Shown: in pieces, positions 34,410 to 40,611 of the stretch
Numbering within the stretch: position 1 is the first letter of the stretch
Layout: every line of letters begins with the position of its first letter
Source: a virus
Lineage: Duplodnaviria > Caudoviricetes
DNA length: 40,611 nt
Virus record (IMG/VR): IMGVR_UViG_3300015259_000008
Span: 1-40,611 of that record
Direction: 5' to 3' (one strand)
Position numbers and translations under genes: made by a program
The notes under the pieces: model-generated
Told to the model about the DNA's origin: nothing
The model's database searches: none
Seen by the model: only the letters and a program-made list of their open reading frames with translations

Positions 34410-35283
34410 GAACCCCCTGCTTCAGCTCTTTTGGGATGCCCACTCGCTCAAGCTACTCCTTGAGTGCCCAAGGAAATACCAGTACCAGATCCTACAGGGC
34501 TGGGTTTCAAGTGGAGACTCTATCCACCTCGACTGGGGCATCGCCTATCACGAGGCCATGGCCAAGGCCGACATGGCTCGGGCCGAGGGCAAGTCTTACT
34601 ATGACCAGGTGGACGCAGCGGTAGAGACAGCCTTGTCCTACCCTGAGTTCGAGGGGGCCACCACCCACAAGAACCGGATCACTCTGGTTCGATCAGTCGT
34701 GTGGAATCTGGAGCATTTTCGTTCTGCCCCGCTCCGTACTATCGAGGTTAATGGGAAGCCCGCAGTAGAGCTCTCGTTCAGCTTCCCGACTGAGATCCCT
34801 ACCCACACCGACGAGCACTTCGGGCTGTGTGGCTACATGGATGGTGCTGCGGATACCGACCTGGGTATCACAGTGATCGAGCGCAAGTCCACGAAGAATG
34901 CGCTCCAGCAGCACTACTACGATGGGTTCTCCCCGAACCTCCAAGTGTCCATGTATACCATGGCTTCGAGGATTATCTTTCCGACACCGGCAAGGGGTGT
35001 CACACTGGAGGCCTGCCAAACAGGCGTCAACTTCAGTGAGTTCGGCAGGCGCATCTTTATCAAGACGCCTGCACAAGTGGACGAGTTCTTTAGAGAGATC
35101 GTCTACTGGCTAGGCCGGGCTGACTTCTTTGCTCAGTCTGGTTGGTGGCCCAAGAACGAAGCGGCCTGCACCTTCTGTGCCTTCAAGAAGATCTGCGGCA
35201 AGGATCCCAATGTCAGGGATCAGTTCTTCCAGGACCCTGCTAACTTCAAGCAGCACCCCTGGAATCCACTGGAGCCCCGATGA
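34390..35283 (+). CDS. PD-(D/E)xK exonuclease, RecB/Cas4-like
   Basis: ECPRKY, WGIAYH, VEL, GYMD, IERKST, QVSMY and C-terminal CTFCAFKKIC Cys cluster. Confidence 0.85.
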   Translation: MMLMSAKNPLLQLFWDAHSLKLLLECPRKYQYQILQGWVSSGDSIHLDWGIAYHEAMAKADMARAEGKSYYDQVDAAVETALSYPEFEGATTHKNRITLVRSVVWNLEHFRSAPLRTIEVNGKPAVELSFSFPTEIPTHTDEHFGLCGYMDGAADTDLGITVIERKSTKNALQQHYYDGFSPNLQVSMYTMASRIIFPTPARGVTLEACQTGVNFSEFGRRIFIKTPAQVDEFFREIVYWLGRADFFAQSGWWPKNEAACTFCAFKKICGKDPNVRDQFFQDPANFKQHPWNPLEPR

Positions 35284-35534
35284 GTCTCTGGGGTATTCCT
35301 GGCCCTGGTGGTGGCCTTGGCAGATGCGCTCTGTGTGGCAAGAACTTCATGAAGGAAGTTATCACTGGTCAGGTAGTCACAACAGGCCATGTCACTGGGA
35401 TTCCTGACGAGTTGTGCTTTCATCGTGAGTGCTGTAAGACTTTGACAGCGCTCATCACCATCGGAGCTGGATGGCAAGACCTGCCTCGAGGACCGTTGAG
35501 GACGTGCTTCGAGGAAGCTGCGTGTTCGGATTAG
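35280..35534 (+). CDS. Hypothetical Zn-binding protein
   Basis: CALC...HREC motif; ATGA coupling. Confidence 0.55.
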   Translation: MSLWGIPGPGGGLGRCALCGKNFMKEVITGQVVTTGHVTGIPDELCFHRECCKTLTALITIGAGWQDLPRGPLRTCFEEAACSD

Positions 35535-35604
35535 TCCTGCTGATCTGCTGTCTAGCTGTATTGTTCATCATCTTCGCAATAGTCGAAGGAAGAGGAGACG
35601 ACGA

Positions 35605-35889
35605 ATGAGTTTGTTCCGCAAGAAGCCGGTTGTGATCGAGGCCGTCCAGAACGATGGGCAGTGGGGTCCCATCGTCGAGTGGCTCAATTCACTCTCAACC
35701 GGCTTGATCTTCCAGCCTGGCGAAGATCCGCCTATCACACGCAACCAGGATGGCTCGCTCAACATCGCTACGCGTGAGGGAGTCATGCGTGGTGAAGTCG
35801 GAGACTGGATCATCAGCGGTATCAAGGGTGAACTTTACCCCTGCAAGCCTGACATCTTCGCTGCGACCTACGAGCCTGTAGGAGACTGA
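35605..35889 (+). CDS. Conserved phage protein (RKKPV..EA.Q / GE.YPCKPDIF type)
   Basis: FRKKPVVIEAVQ...IATREG.M....GDWII.G.KGELYPCKPDIF..TYE is a widespread phage motif; AGGAG RBS. Confidence 0.8.
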   Translation: MSLFRKKPVVIEAVQNDGQWGPIVEWLNSLSTGLIFQPGEDPPITRNQDGSLNIATREGVMRGEVGDWIISGIKGELYPCKPDIFAATYEPVGD

Positions 35890-35890
35890 G

Positions 35891-36052
35891 TTGTCCAAGC
35901 GCCGGCACTTCGCCACCAAGATCAGCGAGCTCTCTATCGAGATCGACGACTACCTTGACGAAGAGGGTGAGGAACTAAATGAGGCTGATCGTGATGCCCT
36001 CGACGAAGCCATGTCCTACCTTCGTCTCGCCATCGACCAGTTGAAGGGGTAA
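35891..36052 (+). CDS. Hypothetical acidic 53-aa protein (below the ORF-track cutoff)
   Basis: AGGAG RBS, TTG start, MSKRRHFATKISELS...QLKG. Confidence 0.5.
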   Translation: MSKRRHFATKISELSIEIDDYLDEEGEELNEADRDALDEAMSYLRLAIDQLKG

Positions 36053-36055
36053 CTA

Positions 36056-36913
36056 GTGCCTACACTTGCCGACAAAGATACTATCAAAGCCGTCAAGCTT
36101 CTGATAGCAGCTGATTCTGGATCTGGTAAGACTGGTGGGCTTGCCAGTCTTGTCAACGAGCTTAGCCTCGAGCTTTTCATCCTCGACTACGACAACGGCC
36201 TGGACCCCTTGTTCAGCTTTGTCAAGCCAGACAAGCGCCATCTTGTTCACTACGTCACCCTCCAAGACAAGATCGGTCTTGGACCCAAAGGCCCCTTCAC
36301 AGTCAAGGTCGATTCCTTCGGCCGAGGCCTGTCGATGTTGAACAACTGGGTCGATGGGGCTCAGTCCTTCGGAGGTATCCATAGCTGGGGGCCAGACAAA
36401 GTCCTGGTCTTTGACTCCCTCACCATGATGGGCAACGCTGCAATGCGAGCTGAGATCTCCATGCGAGGTAAGACCGACCTCAAGCCCCGCTCCGAGAAAG
36501 GCTACGCTGATCCCCGCGAGATCATTGGGGATGCAGCGAACGATCTCGAAGGACTCTTCGCTGCGATCTATGACGACAAGATCAGGTGCCACGTCGTCTT
36601 GCTTTCCCATATCAGGGAGCTGGGTACGAAGGACAACCCGATCAACTTCCCCTCTGCCGTTGGAGCCACGCTGCCCAAAGTGCTGGGTCGGTACTTCAAT
36701 ACTCTCATCGGTATGAAGAAGATCGGGACCAATCGAGTCTTTACGACCGAGGACGCTATCCTCACGACCAAGTGCCCGGTCAAGCTGCCACTGACCCTTC
36801 CCATTTCCAATGGCCTTGCAACAATCTTCAAGGCCATCCTGTCAGCAGGAAGTATAACGGATAAGGAATCTGTTGTGCCTACTGCGATCCAAGAGGAACC
36901 CAAAGCATCATGA
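36056..36913 (+). CDS. AAA_24 / Sak4-like ATPase (single-strand annealing recombinase)
   Basis: Walker A ADSGSGKT, ILDYDNG, Walker B LVFDSLT, VVLLSH; lies between a nuclease and an SSB. Confidence 0.8.
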   Translation: MPTLADKDTIKAVKLLIAADSGSGKTGGLASLVNELSLELFILDYDNGLDPLFSFVKPDKRHLVHYVTLQDKIGLGPKGPFTVKVDSFGRGLSMLNNWVDGAQSFGGIHSWGPDKVLVFDSLTMMGNAAMRAEISMRGKTDLKPRSEKGYADPREIIGDAANDLEGLFAAIYDDKIRCHVVLLSHIRELGTKDNPINFPSAVGATLPKVLGRYFNTLIGMKKIGTNRVFTTEDAILTTKCPVKLPLTLPISNGLATIFKAILSAGSITDKESVVPTAIQEEPKAS

Positions 36914-37347
36914 GCGAAGACTTCACCAGCCTTCTTCACAAGAGCACCGCGGACATCCAGCGTCCGTGGGTTCTGCCCTCCGGCACCTTCACCTTCCTGA
37001 TCCTGGGCTACGAGTTCGGCAAGTCCAGCAAGAAGGAAACGCCCTACGTCCGCTACAAGTTCCAGCCCCAGTCGTTCGACCAGGACGTGGACCCCGCGGA
37101 TCTCGAAGGCAAGGACTGGCAGAAGAAGGAACTCCGAGACGACTTCTACCTGACCGAGGCCGCGATGTACCGGCTCGTCGACTTCCTGAAGGTCTGCGGT
37201 GTCAACACCGAAGGCCGAATGCTGGACGAGCTGGTGTCCGAGGCAGTCGGGCGCACCGTCAAGGGTGCCGTCGCCATCGAGGCCAACGCGAAGGACGCCT
37301 CCGCTCCGGGCTTCAACAACATCACGAGCTACATCCCCGCGGAGTAG
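36910..37347 (+). CDS. Putative single-stranded DNA-binding protein (DUF669-like OB fold)
   Basis: LPSGTF...GKSSKKETPYV...FYLTE.AMYRL..FL...FNNI; directly after the Sak4-like gene. Confidence 0.7.
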   Translation: MSEDFTSLLHKSTADIQRPWVLPSGTFTFLILGYEFGKSSKKETPYVRYKFQPQSFDQDVDPADLEGKDWQKKELRDDFYLTEAAMYRLVDFLKVCGVNTEGRMLDELVSEAVGRTVKGAVAIEANAKDASAPGFNNITSYIPAE

Positions 37348-37384
37348 CCACGAGGCGGCCCTAACCGCCTATTCACTAACTGGT

Positions 37385-37474
37385 CAGGTCCACCGTGTTC
37401 GTCTGCGAGTACCTCCCTGGACACCTTGGATCGAAAACCGGAGCCCGAAGGCAGACTAGGGCTCCGGGGACCTG
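37385..37474 (+). ncRNA. Candidate cis-regulatory RNA with kissing loops
   Basis: Closing stem CAGGTCC/GGACCTG enclosing two hairpins whose loops carry GTCTGC and GCAGAC; abuts the GGAGG RBS. Confidence 0.45.
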
Positions 37475-37482
37475 GAGGTATA

Positions 37483-37719
37483 ATGGCTGAGATCGAGCAC
37501 GGTATCTTTTCCTGGGAGGCCTGGTCAGACATTGACTCTGGTCACTTCCAGTTTGAGGACGTGAAGTTCCTCAAGGACTTCGGCCCCTTCAAAGCAGGAG
37601 AGGTTGTCTATTGCTTGACTGTGAACTACCAGTCAGGCAAGATGGAAGCCTTCTACCACGTCGAAGACGAGACCCCGAAGGTTTGTAAGTTCACCCTAGC
37701 TCCAGTGGAGAACGCCTAG
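37483..37719 (+). CDS. Hypothetical protein
   Basis: Start re-called to ATG 37483 (GGAGG RBS, MAEIEHGIF...). Confidence 0.6.
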   Translation: MAEIEHGIFSWEAWSDIDSGHFQFEDVKFLKDFGPFKAGEVVYCLTVNYQSGKMEAFYHVEDETPKVCKFTLAPVENA

Positions 37720-39062
37720 TGCCCGTTACGAAGAAGTTTCATCTGATCCCGCTGGACAAGATCATCGTCAGCCCGGATCGGAACCGCAAGAAGATGGGTA
37801 GTATTGACGAGCTTGCAGACAGCATCTCTCGGTACGGCCTGCTGAATCCTGTCACCATCACCAAGACAGGTCAACTCATCGCTGGTGAAAGAAGGTTCAG
37901 AGCTCATCAGAAGCTGCGTCTCGAATCCATCCCCGCTCAGTTCTACGAGGAGCTGGACCCCTTCGAGGTCAAGGCCGTCGAGATCGAAGAGAACGCCAGG
38001 AGGTTGGACCTAGACTGGCGCGAAGAAGCCATGGCAGTCCTAGACTACCATGAGCTTCGAAGGTCCAGGGACCCTGAGTGGACCGTCGAGATGACAGGCG
38101 ACGCCCTTGGCATGGAGCGCAATGCTACATCCCGAAGAGTCGCTGTGGCTCAAGAGCTTCGGACCAACCCCAAGAAGTTTGAGTCGTTCGACGGACTCTA
38201 TTCAGCCTACAACTTCATCCGTCGGGAGCATCAGCGACTGGTTGATGAAGAGGCCAACACGTTCCTTTCTGACCCGGATGGGTACCTGGATGAGGTACTG
38301 AGTGAAGACATCGAGGTCAGTGAGCTACCCAAGAAAGTGCTGCAGCCAATGCGCCCAGCCCTGGGTGACATCCACAACGTCACCTTCCAGGAGTGGCTGG
38401 AGAAGGATTGGAAGGATGAGAAGTTCAACGTAGTCCACTGTGACTTTCCCTACGGAATCTACCACCACAAGTCTGACCAGGGTGGAATGGAGAAGCGTGA
38501 AGGGGAGTCTTACGAAGATACCCCTGAGATCTTTTGGGGTCTGTGTGATGTGCTAGCCAAGAGGATTGATACTCTCTTGGACGTCAAGGCTCACATTATC
38601 TTCTGGTACCCGACACACTTCTACACTGAGATCAAGGACTACTTCACTGCTGCTGGCCTGGTCGTAGACCCGGTACCGTTGGTCTGGGTCAAGTCTGACA
38701 ACACTGGAATCCTACCGGACTCCAATCGTGGACCAAGGCGCATCTACGAGACAGCCTTTCTAATGTCCAAGAACGACAGGCTCATCGTCCGAGCTGTCTC
38801 CAATGCCATCGCCTTCCCCGCCAACCGGCAGAAGGCCAAGCACCCGAGCGAAAAGCCGTTCGAGGTGGTATCCCACTTCCTGCAGATGGTGGTCGATGAA
38901 CACACTCGGTTCCTCGATCCTACCTGTGGGTCTGGCACAGCTATCGCCGCTGCTGAGAACCTGGATGCAAAGCTTGTTACTGGTTGTGAGCCCAACTCTG
39001 ACCACGCTTACAACGCTCGAAGCTGGCTCAACAAGATCCGTGTAGCAAAGCTGGATCTATGA
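37719..39062 (+). CDS. ParB N-terminal domain fused to an N6-A/N4-C DNA methyltransferase
   Basis: IDELADSI..YGLLNPV, LIAGERRFRA, EENARRLDL; then VHCDFPYG (DPPY-like), WVK, HPSEKP, FLDPTCGSGT. Confidence 0.85.
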   Translation: MPVTKKFHLIPLDKIIVSPDRNRKKMGSIDELADSISRYGLLNPVTITKTGQLIAGERRFRAHQKLRLESIPAQFYEELDPFEVKAVEIEENARRLDLDWREEAMAVLDYHELRRSRDPEWTVEMTGDALGMERNATSRRVAVAQELRTNPKKFESFDGLYSAYNFIRREHQRLVDEEANTFLSDPDGYLDEVLSEDIEVSELPKKVLQPMRPALGDIHNVTFQEWLEKDWKDEKFNVVHCDFPYGIYHHKSDQGGMEKREGESYEDTPEIFWGLCDVLAKRIDTLLDVKAHIIFWYPTHFYTEIKDYFTAAGLVVDPVPLVWVKSDNTGILPDSNRGPRRIYETAFLMSKNDRLIVRAVSNAIAFPANRQKAKHPSEKPFEVVSHFLQMVVDEHTRFLDPTCGSGTAIAAAENLDAKLVTGCEPNSDHAYNARSWLNKIRVAKLDL

Positions 39063-40111
39063 GGGAAGGCGTAGAGCTTGGCACCGCTATTGCCTGCGTC
39101 GGCGAAGCCTGGGGTGAGACCGAGGAGCAACAAAGGCAGCCCTTCGTAGGTGCCTCTGGTCAAGAGCTTCGAGTCATGCTCGAGATTGCCGGGGTAGTCA
39201 AGCCTACACTTACCAACGTCTTCTGCCGTCGTCCAGGCTCCAACTCGAACGAGCTCCGCCACCTCTGTACTGACAAGCCCATGACAACGGAGCCCCCGTT
39301 CTGTGTTCCGCTGGCTAAGGGGTTATACCTCAAAGAAGAACACTTCTTCCAGGTCCGTGAGCTGTGGAAGGAACTCGAAGGGCATACCACAGTCATTGCC
39401 CTGGGCAACACAGCAATCTGGGCCCTTCTCGGTCAACCCCCTGCTGTGTCCAGGATGCGCGGGACTTTCTGGCGATCGAGGTTCATCAAGGCTAAGGTCA
39501 TCTCAACCTACCACCCCGCGGCGGTGATTCGAGACTGGTCACTGCGTACCATCGTCATGCTGGATATGATTAAGGCCCAGGCCTTTTCAGGTACCACTGA
39601 GATTGGCCGGCCGTCCCGGCGGGTATGTATTGAGCCCACACTTGCAGACCTCGAAGACTGGAAGAAGGATCTCCTGGCACGGCCACTTGTCTCCATTGAC
39701 CTTGAGCTTGACTGGCCTTCCAAGAAATCCAAGGAAAGATACATCTCATGTATCTCCTTCTCACCAGATCCTGCCCTGTCCTATGTAGTTCCCTTCATCA
39801 AGAACCGCTGGGAACGGTACTGGACTACCCTTGAAGAAGAGTGTGCTGCCTGGGAGTTTGTTCGCCAGATCTGCGAAGCCCCAATGGACAAGGTATTCCA
39901 GAAGCACCTCTTTGATACCTATGTCCTGCGCCGACTCGAGCCCCGAATAGTAGTTGGAGGTCACATCCATGACACCCTTCACCTACATCACGCTCTGTAT
40001 CCCGAGATGCCCAAGGATCTAGGGTTCATGGGCTCGGTATACACCGAGGAACCGGCGTGGAAACTCGAACGCCCCAAGGGTAAGGGCGCAAAGGAGAAGC
40101 GTGACGACTAA
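39059..40111 (+). CDS. Family-4-like uracil-DNA glycosylase domain fused to a partial PolA-type 3'-5' exonuclease domain
   Basis: VGEAWG..E....PFVGASG, LTNV, IALGNTA, TYHPAAV; then SIDLE (ExoI), FQKHLFD (ExoII), HDTL, L.FMGSVYT. Confidence 0.85.
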   Translation: MREGVELGTAIACVGEAWGETEEQQRQPFVGASGQELRVMLEIAGVVKPTLTNVFCRRPGSNSNELRHLCTDKPMTTEPPFCVPLAKGLYLKEEHFFQVRELWKELEGHTTVIALGNTAIWALLGQPPAVSRMRGTFWRSRFIKAKVISTYHPAAVIRDWSLRTIVMLDMIKAQAFSGTTEIGRPSRRVCIEPTLADLEDWKKDLLARPLVSIDLELDWPSKKSKERYISCISFSPDPALSYVVPFIKNRWERYWTTLEEECAAWEFVRQICEAPMDKVFQKHLFDTYVLRRLEPRIVVGGHIHDTLHLHHALYPEMPKDLGFMGSVYTEEPAWKLERPKGKGAKEKRDD

Positions 40112-40134
40112 GCAACGCTGGAGCAGGAGGAAAG

Positions 40135-40341
40135 ATGAGCCCCCACTTCTTCGACTACCACTGTCCCGAATGTGGCTTTGAGTCCGACGTTCGCACAGAA
40201 GGCATGTGCCCTAAGTGTGGTGACGGCGAGATCTGCATGAAGCCCGACCCGACTGACTTCACTGACTACTCTGGCCCCCGCGGAGGCGAGGCCGCTGCGG
40301 AGCTGGCACACCGGCAGGAACAGGCGAGGAGGTTGAAGTAG
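40135..40341 (+). CDS. Zinc-ribbon protein
   Basis: CPECG...CPKCG; AGGAGG RBS. Confidence 0.6.
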   Translation: MSPHFFDYHCPECGFESDVRTEGMCPKCGDGEICMKPDPTDFTDYSGPRGGEAAAELAHRQEQARRLK

Positions 40342-40611
40342 ATGGACACGCAAAGCGACGTAGAGGCGCTGCTAACGCGAATTGCAACGGCGCTAGAGCT
40401 GGACAACACGGTCCTGCTGCGGCTGATCCAAGTTGCGTCAAGGCTGGACCTAAACTTAGTGGCGGACGTTGACCTAACGAGCATCATCCAGTTCGCGGAG
40501 AGTTCGCCGCATTCGGAAGAGCTGCCTCCCGCCACCAACTGCCCCAAGTGCGAAGACCCCGAGGCACCGACGCTGCACCGGCACCCGGTTGCTGCCGACG
40601 CCGCGCCGCCG
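40342..40611 (+). CDS. Hypothetical protein, truncated by the window edge
   Basis: AGGAGG RBS; ATG 40342 directly after the upstream TAG; MDTQSDVEALLTRIA...CPKC... open to the end. Confidence 0.55.
   Translation, partial: MDTQSDVEALLTRIATALELDNTVLLRLIQVASRLDLNLVADVDLTSIIQFAESSPHSEELPPATNCPKCEDPEAPTLHRHPVAADAAPP

Noticed and set aside
34390-35283. Cas4-like nuclease as evidence of a CRISPR system
   Set aside because: No repeat-spacer array or other cas genes seen; the context is a phage recombination module.
1-40611. Alternative genetic code, tRNA genes, integrase/repressor, diversity-generating retroelement
   Set aside because: Genes are full length under code 11 with all three stops used; no cloverleaf, recombinase, reverse transcriptase or template/variable repeat pair was recognised.

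Overview
Partial genome (about 40.6 kb, both ends inside genes) of a GC-rich, short-tailed (podovirus-type) dsDNA phage with two divergent arms. The left arm (minus strand, ~26,900 down to 1) is the virion and lysis module. In transcription order it holds a TerS-like HTH protein, a PD-(D/E)xK nuclease, two paralogous Gly-rich proteins around a GNAT, TerL, a beta-helix tailspike, portal, scaffold, major capsid, adaptor, a second spike-like protein, a GH24 endolysin cassette, a collar tail fibre, a nozzle, and ejection proteins ending in a >1,200-codon ORF that runs off the window. The right arm (plus strand, ~27,340 to 40,611) holds small early genes and replication/recombination genes: UvrD-like helicase, Cas4/RecB-like nuclease, Sak4-like ATPase, SSB, ParB-methyltransferase fusion, and a UDG/3'-5' exonuclease fusion. 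No integrase, tRNA or CRISPR array was seen. The most notable signal is two spike-like proteins that share a 44-aa Cys-paired tail-fibre-type module behind Sec signal peptides, suggesting exported, disulfide-folded receptor-binding proteins. Other signals: direct-repeat-bounded cassettes on both sides of terL, a kissing-loop RNA leader, a ~300-nt structured intergenic region, inverted G-quadruplex motifs at the divergence point, and a 16-bp palindrome found three times. All product calls come from motif recognition and gene order, not database searches.
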